Assembly (NCBI GenBank): GCA_013265495.1
Contig: MU057703.1
Location: forward strand, 1 to 38,830
DNA length: 38,830 nucleotides
Direction of reading: 5' to 3'
DNA from: Vicugna vicugna
Taxonomy: Eukaryota
The translations under genes and the position numbers were made by a program. Position 1 is the stretch's first letter, and the number at the start of each line of letters is the position of its first letter. Below, in pieces: positions 1 to 12,400 of the stretch. The notes under the pieces are model-generated. The model was given only the letters and a program-made list of their open reading frames with translations, made no database searches and was not told the origin of the DNA.

Positions 1-129
1 TAAACCTAGATTTGTTTGTATTTTCGTGGCCTCAGTTATCTCCATGTGATATATAGTTACCCAGGCTTGGAAAACTAAATATTTAGCATCTGTCAGTTAG
101 TCAACCTACTGGTTGACCGTTGCCTTCTT

Positions 130-355
130 TGTCCCCAGAACTTTTATGCAATTTGCCTCATTCCGTTAGACCTTAGTAATTTCTATCACGTTTATGTACT
201 TATTATGATTATTGTTCACTTTTTGTCTCCATCTTCCAGAATGCAAGCTCCATTAGGTGAGGGATTTTGAAATATTCTACTCACTGATAAATCCTAGGGC
301 CTTAAACAATATTTCACAATAGAGAGATGCTTCATAAATATTACTGTAATGGTTA
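130..355 (+). mobile_element. L2 LINE 3' end fragment
   Basis: 'tgtctcc...agaatgcaagctccat...ataaatattactg' resembles the L2 3' terminus; boundaries approximate. Confidence 0.6.
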
Positions 356-397
356 AATATATACTTATTTCGAAGCTTACTCTGTTTGCTCTAGTAG

Positions 398-451
398 TTC
401 CTACCATGGTTTTACCTGGAGCCAGCAGCAGTTCATGGACCTCAAAGCCAG
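398..451 (+). CDS. MUC19: MUC19 mucin exon ([18 protein letters not shown]), GC donor
   Basis: tag|ttcc...ccag|gcaag; 54 nt, phase 1-1, open frame. Confidence 0.55.
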
Positions 452-3400
452 GCAAGATGGAGTAAATAAATTTACCACATCAGATTATTAGAGTCAAGGG
501 GGTCTATTTTAAATCCCTCAATATCAAAACAACTCAAGTAATTGATGAGTAAAATTTAGAAAGATGAACCCATCATTTGTCTTTTTCGTCCTTCAGGTGG
601 CTGTGTCATACCAGGGAGCATAGGGTCTGTAAGTGAATCAGGTGTGGGTGGTACTTCCAGTGGGATCTATGGAAATGGAACTACAGTAACAATAATGATC
701 AATAGGTAGTTTGGGAAAGGATTTGTGGGAAGTAATTGACCATTCATCTCCTCCAGAATCAAAGATCTTCAGGAAAGCTCTTCCAGGGTTCAAGGCTACA
801 TAGCTCCTTTGATATTCACCAGGGACCTGATGCTGTGTTGAGCCCTATATTTTTCCTACGTTAGGTACTACAGGAGAATCCTCTAGGTCAACTGTATCTG
901 GAAGTTCCTATGCAGATACAAGAAGGAAATCTTGATATTTAACCTCATAAAATAGTTAGCAGACCTCTTATAAAAAAAATCAGCGTAATTCTTTTCCTAA
1001 TATCCCAAATCTTCAGACCTCATCATTCATCTTTTTATTCCCTCAGAGGCCAGAACTTTAATAGGAGACAGTGATATACCTGAAACTGGCTCCAGGCCTG
1101 GTGAGAATGAGTTGCTTACACTTTTGGAGTTCAGCATGAATTGTGACTCTCCGTAGGCTTGCCTGTTGGGAGCTGTGATCTCCAGAGTAGTTTTTATTGG
1201 CCTTCAGGATTTTCTTAGGTTTAACACGTTTTGGAAGAACTTTAAATACCAGAGTCTAGCCTCACAGCCGCAACTTTCTAAAGGTGGGCTTGTGTGTAAT
1301 CCATCTGATGGGTTTCTCCTGTGATGGCATACACATCACTGATATATCAGGGGCAACCAAGGAATATTACACACCCAAAAAGAAGAGAAACATTGTGAAC
1401 AGACCTCTGTCATATAAAGATTTTCTGGCTCAAAAAAATCAATAATTATATTCAGTATTTTCCTTGGCACATTCAAATATTTTTCTGGTTTCCTTCCCAT
1501 GGTAGGTACCACTGCAGGACCAGAAGGCCAAACAACTGAGAGTGTGACAGGTAAACCTGGGAGAAAGCCACCTTGTGTCTCTGCCTTGGGATAAATGGGA
1601 TGTCTAGGAAAGTTGCCTCAACTTGGGAACATTACCATTTTGATTGCTTTCTTAATGATATGGATCATAGGAAAGGCATAGGACCCTCCCCTCATCAGGA
1701 AGCAGTGAAAGGGTCCTATGATATAGTAGAGATAAACCCACATTGCTTCTAGAGGCAGGTCTTCAGGAGACAAATACAAGTCACTGGGTTGACTTCAAAC
1801 CCTTTGTGTTTCAGGCACTACTAGGGTCATCCCTGGCACAACCATTGCCCCTGGCAGTTCCAATACAGGTGAGTCAACAGAATAGCAGAGGATCTTCCAT
1901 GGGTCCATCTATGATGAGATTCGTCTAGTGTTATCCTTTATCAGAGAACTACCATATCTGTTCCATGGCCCTTACATGGTTTCCGAACATCTCTATTCCA
2001 TTTACCCCCACCTCAGAGGCCACAACTTCTGTAGGAGAAAGTGGAACCACAAGAGCTGCGATAATCACAGGTGAGAACTCTTAAGGCACTAATTGTACAT
2101 TTTAATATCTTCCCAATAAAAAGTCTTGTCTGAAATATATCAAAACTCTTTGAATTTCCATATTCAGCATATTGGGCAAAATTTTAGCAGATGTTCAGTA
2201 TTTGACATCAATAAATTCAGTTCAGACACTTCAGTTTTTCCTGCTTGTGCTTTAATGAGTCTTCATCAGGGAATCATGGGGCCCATTCTCTGTTAATTAT
2301 ACAGGTGATTTGGCCCCAAATATTTTTCCCGCTAACTAGACTCTAAAAGGGGGTTCTCAGTGGTGGAGGACTTTCTCTGTAAATTTGCTGAGGGAATGAA
2401 ATGTTTCATCGGAAATATATAGATAATCTCTTGAAACTAGGAAGCCCAGAAAAATGAATTTACTGGTATATGGGAAAAATAGATTTTTAAAAGCGTATGC
2501 CCATTTCATGATGGGCGACAAATTGACCACAATCCTCTTCTTATTTCAGGAACAACTGGGAGCATCTCTGGGAAAAGTCTGGAACCTGGAAGTGCCAGCA
2601 CAGGTTAGGAATCCTGAACGTGGCCCCTCGGGAGGGTAGACTATGGAAGCCCAGAATGCCCTGTCCATACCTCCCAGTCTTTACTCTTTTTTCCTTCTCT
2701 CAGAAGCCAAAACTCCCCCAGGAGGCAGTGGCACCACCCAGGGAGGACTGCCAGGAGGTGAGATTTTAAGCCTGAGGCCTGGGTCTCGTATCATTTCTCT
2801 GTTTGGGTTGTTGCAATTAGCAGATGGATGGGAAGGCATGTGATGGAGAAACCTACATTTTCTCTGTGGTCATATTTGTTGGTTCAAAAACTCAGGAGCT
2901 TCCAGTGTGAAATCTGAAACTGAGCTCCATCCAGGAAGGGCAAGGTGAGACTGAAGAAAGAGATGGACCACTCCAGATTGGTGGGTGGCGGGTTTAATGA
3001 GCAAGGGAACTTACAACTGAGGCTTGCCTTGGGTGGCCACAAGATGAGTAGATCTCTGCATGTGCCCACCAGAATCTTTAAAGTTTGTGTAGAGGCCTTA
3101 ACTGGGTTCAGTCACATACACCATCCTGATGGTGTCAACAATACGTTGCTCTCTCAAGGCTGCATCTTTGAAAACGTCTCCCACTATGGGAACTGTGGTC
3201 AGAATGTACATTCCAAGGTCAGCGGTGGGAGTAAGGAGTCATTGATTGCCTGGGTCCAGCTTTGTTGTCACATCCTCTAAAAGACGTCCTTCAACAATAT
3301 GGTACCATACTAACCTGGGTAATTATTCATCTTGGGAATTCCAAGACCTGAGATGTCTCACTCAGCCAGGCTGTCCTCAGTGTTCTGGGTTACAAAGATT

Positions 3401-6400
3401 TTTTTTTTCCTGAAAAAAGGTATGCATGCATATTACATAAATCCCAACCTCCCACAGTCCTCCTTACTCAGCTTATCTTACCCCCACAGTCTGCCACTCT
3501 ATCATCTCTCTCATAATATGTATCTTATACATAGTGTTTTTATATATTTTTATATCCCCCCCCACTAGAAAGCTTCATGAAGGCGATTGATTATTAAGAT
3601 GTTCCAAGTTACATCAAAGATTACTACTTGTAAAGATTAAACCATGGTTTATTCCCTCACGTGAGCACCTCTAGCATCCCAGATGGACACATTCCTGGAA
3701 GTGAATCAGATAACGGTGATGTTAAGACCTGCTTCCTCTTACTATGTAGTGAAAGGGAGCTCCAGTGGCAACACATCCACCAAGGCTGACCTGGGAAATG
3801 ACCTGCAAAGTTGTGCACTTTCCAATTTTTCATAGAGAGTCTTCAGGAAAGGGGTACTGCTGCTTTAGGGCCACACTGATGATTCCAAGACGAACTGAGA
3901 GGTAGCAGTCTGTTGCTACATTTACTTTTTGCATTTTAGGCACCGCTAGGGAACTGTCTGGGACAACCATCGCATCTCGAGGTTCTAACACAGGTAAGTT
4001 AACAAGAAGGAAATGACCCATATTTAATCTCAGTTCTCCCTTTGAGGGCTTCTATAATAAAATATGTCTCTCCCCAGTATTCCAAATTCCCAGACTTCAT
4101 CATTCTCCTGTTTCTTCCCTCAGAGGCTACAACTTCCACAGAAGAAACCAGAACTGGAGCTCAAACAGGTGAGAATAAAGAGGCCATAATTTGGGGTCAT
4201 CGGGTTTAGGACTCTGTAGGCTTTCCTTGTGAACGTTCGTGTTTAATTTAGGAACATTGCAAGTGAGTCAAAATAGGTTTTCTATGAGAGAGAAAATATT
4301 TTTGAAAATCTATTAAATCCAAGTTGAGCTTTACTGCTTCAGGTCTGAAGATGAGATGGGATTTCTCCACTGGTATTATAAATATCACCAGTATATTAGC
4401 TGGAATCCAGAAAGTACCCCCCCACACACTTTTTTTCTTTTTTGGTGAATTCCTTCTAGCAATTTAAATTGGTTGAAATAAATGTAGAGCGCAGAGTGAT
4501 TTCTGCTCTATGGAAATCTTTGTCTGAGCCTCTGAGTTCCAGAATATTAATGTTTTACCTAAATCATTGAGTTATATACAGCAGAATATTCTCCCCCCCC
4601 CCCGATCTCTCTCCCCCCTCTAAACTCTCTCTCTGTCTTTCATCTTATCTTCAGGAGCCCAGGCCACTGTACCAGGGAGCCAGGTCTCTAGCATCCAAAC
4701 AGGTAAGCAAGAGAAAACATAAAGATCTCCCTGATATTTACCAATATTCAGAGTAAGGAAACTTCTATTGTGAAGACATAGTGTTACTTTTGGAAAGAAA
4801 TGTAGTTATGCAAATATATGGGAGGAACCCTAGAATAGGCCTTCAATGGCTTAAAAGAAACAATGATTTTCTTCTTAGCCCTTCTTTTAATGTAAATGAA
4901 ATGACGTATAACCCTTTTCCCCTTGTGATTTCAGGTACCAGTAGGATAGTCTCCAGCCCAACTATTGCATCTTCAAGTTCCAGCACTGGTAATGGAATAT
5001 GTATAAAGGCAATCACCCCCTTGTCTAACTTCAAGGGGGAATATGTACCCCCCAAAATACTTTCCACTTTCCTCACTTCCTTTTTCCAGAGGTTAAAATT
5101 TCCTTAGAAAGCCTCAGCGTCACTGTGATGAGATCAGTGAAGACTAGGATTTCCAGATGTTAGCACTGTCATTGAGAACTGCCATGAGCTTGCCTCTGGA
5201 TCAGAGAGCTTGTAGAGAAGGGTGGGGCCAAGCATGCTGTTGATTCACACCCACAACTGGTTTCTGGACCAGCCTGTTTCCCATGCCTGGCCTTGTGGTG
5301 TGGGTTTTTGAAGAGGGTGGTAGGAGTCGTCATTCCCTGGAAGATTAACCCTCTGGGTGCTATAGGTGTAACTGAAGAATCAGCAGGCGTCAACACTGTC
5401 CCAGAAGGTTCTATCTCATGTAAGAAGATGACTGAAATGAACTTAGAAATTTTTTCGCCTCCCATGTGGCTTTTTATCTTGAGCTTTAGATTCTAAATTG
5501 CTTAATGGTTGCTTGCCTCCATGAATGATTAAAGATCATAATGTACGCAGAATCTTCTTCCTACTTTTAACCATTGGGAGCTACCTCTGAAACATCAGAC
5601 CATCGAGTCACTGAAAGTAAGACAGATAAATGTGAAATTTTCCTCTATTCTCAGTCGAAGATTTTGTGTTGCTAGGCTTCTTGAATCAAAAAGTCTTCAT
5701 TTGTTTTATTCACTAACGAATCTCTAGCACTCAACAGTCCTTAATAAATATTTGTTGAACTAATGGAAAAACTGATACATGAGAAAAAACACATGATTCA
5801 GTCTAGGGGCAGACAGGCTGATGAAAGGGCACACTCATGGGGCGCTCATCTGGACAAAACAGTCTGTGAATGTGCCTCTCTCTGGGAACTGTCTGTGCAC
5901 AACAGGACACTGAATGATACGGCCCTGGAAATACTTTCTTTTATGCATTGATTTTCTACTCAGATTGCTTTGATGTGGAAGATTCTCTGCGATAATGCCA
6001 TGTCCTTCTCATTTCAGGTACCACGGTTATTGCCTTAGGTACAACTGTTGCACCTGGAAGTTCCAGAACAGGTAGCTTAATTAGCTGGCAAGAAAGCATC
6101 CTTTCTGGAAATAAGGTGTCATAAATGCCTTTCACACTGATCTTCTCATGTAAAAGCATCACAGTCTATTTTTCCTTCTTCCTAAATCCCCAACCTTTAT
6201 CTGTTTCTTCTTTCGTTTTTTTTATTTCCAGAAGCCACAACTTCCACTGGAGTCATTAAAACTTCTGCAGTGGAATGGAAAATAGATGAGAATTACTGGG
6301 AGTGGGGGAAGATGTCTGTGTGACTTTTGGTTGATAAATTACAGTTGACCCTTGAACAATCTGGGTTTGAACTGCACGGGCCCATTTTTATGGGAATTTT

Positions 6401-9400
6401 TTTTTCAATAGTAAATATTACTGGTACCACACAATCTATGGTTGACTGAATCCATGGATGTAGAACCATGGATATGGAGGAATTGTGGATACAGAGGATT
6501 GACTGTAATTATGCCTGGAGTTTTGACTGTGAAGATGGTTGGTACCCATAACCTCTGCATTGTTCAAGGGGTACCCGCTCTTTTTGTTTCTTAGTAGGAT
6601 AATTTCTTGGAGAGAAGCTTTTTAGGAACTCTCATCTCAGATCAACAATGTTTTCTTTTATTACTTGATTTTGAATCAGTTTGGGCAGATTTTTGAAGTC
6701 CCTCCATTTCCATGGTCTCGTCTCACATGTGTAGATCTTGGCAAATGTAGAGTAGAAGTGATAAATTGTCTAGAAAGCTTTCTTTTTCTACTTGCCATTT
6801 TAGATGTCACCATGAAGTTAAGTGAAGGAAAGACGGTCCTGCATGGTTCTTTTTCAGGTAAACAGCAAGCTACAATGAACACAGAAAATGGATTCATTAG
6901 GTTCTTCCCTGAATACAAAAGTGACTGAAATGTGCAGTGGTTATGCCAACAACTGCCTATCTTTACACTAAAAGTTTCCTATTTTCATCCTCTTAGGAGC
7001 TACCACTGGAGTATCAGTACATGAAGGAACTGGAAGCACATTAGGTGACTATGGTGGGAAAGGGGCCAGAAGAACAAGAGACAAAGCATGAATAACCCTT
7101 ATCTTACTGCCATTAAATTCCAGAAAAGGGAGCCCTTACGTTGAGGAATTGACATCTTTCTTTGATTTAGGGGGGAAAACCTATGCTTAAGAGAACACAA
7201 ATAATTCATAAGCAGTTGAAAAAGCCCCAAAGATGATCAGCTTCCCCCCAGGAAAGGAAAAGTCACCACTTCTCTTCTTGTTGTAGGCACCACCAGGGTA
7301 GCTTTTGGCACTACACTTGAACCTGGGAGCTCGAACACAGGTGAGCCAGCCAACTGGAGAGACTCCGCCACAGGAAGACCGCTAGCCGTAAAGCATCTTC
7401 CATGGTGGTGTTATCAAGAAAATTATCCTTAACTTTTCCCAGAATGCTAAATCTTCTTCATCTTACTCTTTTTTTTTTTTTAACCTTTTTCCTCTCTTAG
7501 AAGCTACAACATCCTCGGGAGGCAATGGGACCACAGGAAGTGGAATCAATACAGGTGGGCGCACCAGCATCGTAACGTCTCTGCTTTTCACTTACAGTAG
7601 TAATAACAGCTAACTCTTCTGAGCACTAACTATGTGCCAGGCACTGTTATACATCTGACCAATTATGATTTCTTTTCCCTCACCCTAAACTGTGAGGTTA
7701 AGTGTTACTGTTTTCATAGATGAGAAATCCCATGGCTCAGAGATACTAATTAATTTGCACAAGGTCACACAGCAAAGAAACAGCAGATTTCAACTCAGGC
7801 AGTCTGGCTTCCAAGTCTATCCACTTAGCCATGAGACTGTACTACTATGACACTGTATCACACTGGAGTTCTTTGTCACATGTCTGAACTTCTCCTGAAC
7901 ATAAAATTTCAATAGCATCAATACTTTACCCAAATGAAAAGTCAGTGGGCGATCAACCCTTCGTTGTTTATTCTTCCAGGGGGATCAAGTAGCCAAGGCA
8001 CTGGCATCCTAATAGGTAAGTAAAGGAAAATGCCTGTGTCCTGACGTTAATCCCAGAGAAAGGAATGTTGCCACGGAGAGCCCCCGCCACTGGCCCATAT
8101 TGCATCCTCCCCCCAGCAAGTTTTTATTGGGAATGAAACATTACATTTAGAAAAAAAATATTACATTTAAAAAATTTACATTAATAAAAACACTCTGAAA
8201 CAAGCTATCCCTGAAGACAATCTTGTCACATAATAAAGAATTCTGTAGTTTCCCCATTCTGTTCTAGAATATGCTCTTCTTATTTATCGGAATAAAACTA
8301 ACCTAATGAACCCATTGAATTTCGCTTTCAGTTACTACTACAGTGAACCCTGGCAGTACCACCTCATCTGGAAGTCCCAACACAGGTGAGTCAGTGAGGA
8401 AACAGGTGCTAATTTCTTTCTTGGGGTGAGTTCTGGAACAATAGCACATGACACCTTTTTATAACTTTCTATGAGCCCTCACTACTTTCTATCTTTTCAC
8501 TCCCAGAACCTACAAATTACACAGAAGGAAGCAGAACCGAAGAAGGGGAATTGGCAACTCTTGAGTTCCTGATAATTTATACTCTGCCTTTGCCTTGTCA
8601 CAGGGACATTTGTTAGAGGAAGCATATATTTATGAAAGTTATATAATTTATTCTGGGTAAACCTTATGCTGTAATTCTTAAAGAGGGGCATCCAGAAAGG
8701 TTTTCCCTTCTGACACTCAAGCTATTACCCTGGTGCGAGATGAGGGCACTATGTCTGTATGGGTCTAATTAAGGACGCAGAGATGATGGAAGTAACTCTG
8801 AAAGTGAAGGTCTATCACATTTTGAATTTCAGATGTTATGAACTTATTCCTTGAATATAATTCAGTTCATTCACACAAATATTGTTTCTGTTTCTTCTCA
8901 TTAGGAGCCACCACTGGCACATCTGAGAGGCCAAGCCCTGGAAGTGAAACAGGTAAATGTGAGAGGGGCCCAGAGATCTCTGCTATTTAACCCTAAGAAG
9001 CAAATCTTCAAGGCTCAGATATTAACTGTGGCCCCTAATTTAAAAATAGAGAATTCACCCCCTTTTGGCAGGATGTCCTTAAGGAGGGTCTTCTGCTTTC
9101 AAGTCCCAGACAGCCTGGTCGGCCGTGCTCTTCTCGGGATGGTAAGTGTGTCACTATTCAGGTTCTCTGTTTCTCTGCTTCTACTTCAGGTACCACTGGT
9201 GTAGTCTCCGGCACAACGGTTGCATCTGGAAGCTCTAAGACAGGTAAAGCAACAACCTAACAGGAAGTATGAGGAGTTCCAGTGATGGGGTAGCCTCCTG
9301 CCCTCAGCGTATCCACCCAAACACGCAGTCCCCACCATGCCCAGTTATATGAGCCTTCTGGATTTACTCATCTTCTTCTTTATTCCTTTTATGCAGGGGC

Positions 9401-12400
9401 CACCACTTCTTTGGGAAGTGGTGAGACCACCCAGAGTGGAATTAAAATAGGTGAGCACCAGCAGTCAAATGCTTACTTTTCTCTTCATCTTAACAGTTAA
9501 TCACATTGGCTGCAATGAACTCAGGGGGAATTATATTGCATCTAAACCTCTCTGAGTATGAACTGTCAGGATGTTGATTGCCCTTTATTTTACTCCCATG
9601 TGAGTTGCCCTTTATTTTGTGTATCTGTGATAAAATGGCATGACAGAAACCACACTTGATAGATCACTTAAGGCAAGAAAATTCCTGGTATAATTTGTTC
9701 TAAACCAAATCCTAGTTTGAATCCCCAGTAAAAGGCATTTCATAAATTGATTCTCTTCTCTTGTGATTTCAGTTACCGCTGGAGGAACTGCTGGCACAAC
9801 CATCCGACCTGGGAGTTCCAACACAAGTGAGTCATGGGAAAGCTGAAAAAACCTGCCTATGTGGACTTTAGAGACGTGATGTCTCCCACAGGGATATTAT
9901 AGAAAGTAATATTGCTACATATTTCCCCAAATTTCTGCACCTTTTTCCTATTTCTTCTCAGTGGCTACAACTTCTCCAGAAGTCAGAGCTACCACTGGAG
10001 CTGAAACGGCAATTGGTGAGTGGTTGGCTCTTTCAGCCTTTGGGTTCTCAACAATTTTCTATTTAAGTTTGTGTTAGATGATGAATGAGTGAGGAGACTG
10101 GCTGATACAGAGTTTAATGTTCCACTTGAAGAGACAGTATGTCAGGTCAGTCAGACTTGGCTTTTCCAACTGGCTTTCTCTGTATGCCAGCCTTAAAAAT
10201 ATTATTAAACATTTTATATAATTTTTAAAGGTTATTTTTTCATTTACAGTTATTACAAAATATTGGCTATATTTCTCATGCTGTAAAATACATTCTTGAC
10301 CCTATCTTCTACCCAATAGTTTGTACCTCCCACTCCCCTACTCCTATATTGCTCCCCACCACACACTGGTAACCACGAGTTTATTTTTCTGTATCTGTGA
10401 GTCTGCTTCTTTTTTGTTATATTCACTGGCTTGTTTTATTTTTTAAGTTCCACATATAAGTGATATCATATAGTATTTGTCTTTCTCTGTCTGACTTATT
10501 TCACTTGGCATAATGCCCTACAAGTCCACCCATGTTGCTGCAAATGGGAAAATTTCATTCTTTTTTACGGCTGAGTAGTATTCCACTGTGTGTGTGTGTC
10601 TCTGTGTGTGTTTGTGTATGTACCACATCTTCTTTATCCACTCATCTATTCATCTGTTGATGGACACTTAGGTTGCTTCCATATCTTGGCAATTGTAAAT
10701 AATGCTGCTATGAACATTGAGGGTGCATGTATCCTTTCAAGTTAATTTTTTTGGTTTTTTTTCAGATATATGCCCAGGAGTGAAATTGCTGGGTCATGTG
10801 GTAGTTCTATTTTTAGTTTTGTGAGACAGCTCCATACTGTTTTCCACAGTGGCTGTACCAATTTACATTCCCTCCAGCAGTGTACAAGGGTTTCCTCTTC
10901 TCCACATCCTTGCCAACATTTGTTACTTGTGTTCTTTTTGATGACAGCCATTCTCACAGCTGTGAGGTGAAATCACAGCAACATTTTTTATTTTTGGATT
11001 TGTCTCCTAAAGTAAAGGAAATCAAAGTAAAAATAAACACATGGTACCTAACTAAACTTAAAAGCTTTTGCACAACAAAGGAAACCATTAACAAATAGAA
11101 AAGACAGCCTACTAAATGGAAGAAAATATTTGCAAATGATATGACCAATAATGGATTGATATACAACACATATAGACAGTCATACAACTCAACATCAAAA
11201 AACAAACAACTCTATTTAAAAATGGGCAGAAGAACTGAATAGACATTTTTCTAAAGGGGAAATGCAGATGGCCAACAGGCACGTGAAAAGATGCTCAACA
11301 GCCCTAATCATCAGGGGAATGCAAATCAAAACCACAATGAGATAGCACCTCAGAACTGCCAGGCTTTTAGATGTGATTCTCTCAAACTAAGAATGATGTG
11401 CTGTCCTCAGTCCTTTTTCTATCTTGTTTTTTGCTGGTACTACCTCAGGATCAACTGGAGTTTCCAGGGGCTCAGAAAATTCCAGTCCTGGTTAGTAGAT
11501 TATGTTTAATTTATTCATCTTGGACTTCTCTGGCATGTAAAACCCATTCTTGTGGGGTTTTCCCTCATGACCAAAGTTCCAACAAATTAAATTTGTAAAA
11601 TTTATACCCCTCGAACACACACCGAAGGAGTACCCACTTGAAGCACCAGGAAGCCAAGACACAGGAAGAAAGACAAATGAGCAGAGGAATATCACTCTTA
11701 TCCAAAGCATTGAACCAGAGAGAAAGGACTTTCTTCTAAGACTTTTGTCATTTGTTGGTTTGGGGAAATGGAAGAGTCAGTGGGAAAACATGGTGTTTGC
11801 TTTTCTCTGCATTCTTATACTGCGTATAAGAAACGTGAATTTATCCAAGTCCATGCTGTTCCAAGGGCAAAAAAATTATTGCTAGGATCTCTCTCTCTCT
11901 CAATTTCACAATCTCTCTATCACCCTCTCTCAATCTCCTTTTCATTTCCATTTCAGATTCCACTGGGATAGCCTTTTCCGCCATACTTGTTTCTAGAGAT
12001 TCTAACATGAGTTAGTCACAGTTGCCCAAAAAGGTGCTCTGTTAGTATCTCAGGCAAAAAGCCATCTTCTTTGGGACTATTTCTTCTACTGTGACAACAC
12101 GAAACATTTTTCCAGATTTCAAAATTATTTTAAATTATATTAAAATTTTCTTTTTGACTCCCAGGGACTATGACTTCAGGACTAAGTAGTGGGAGTGGAA
12201 TAGAAACAGATCGGTTATGATATTGCACGACTGCTGGGGTTTTATTGCTTATTTGTAGGATTTTGCTACTGACAGGAGACGATAAAACTTTGCATTCAAA
12301 GACCCTTTTAAGACAGTTGGAGTCGGTCATCTTAATGTATTGGAATTTCCTGGACTAAAGATTTCATCAGATGCATATTTATTAAGACATAGCTTCTTAG

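Noticed and set aside
2945..3280. 111-aa ORF as a gene
   Set aside because: Lies entirely within the antisense solo LTR; non-ATG start and no recognisable domain.
5090..5419. Single 330-nt exon joining the 5089 acceptor to the 5420 donor
   Set aside because: The length is a multiple of 3, but there are in-frame stops (TAG at 5161, TGA at 5173).
4781..5496. ORFs of 67-108 aa on both strands
   Set aside because: Chance read-through around 54-nt mucin exons and their antisense; no independent coding signal.
11615..11664. Additional fossil exon ending EAPGSQDT
   Set aside because: The 3' end looks mucin-like, but there is no acceptor, no donor and no definable start; too decayed to call.
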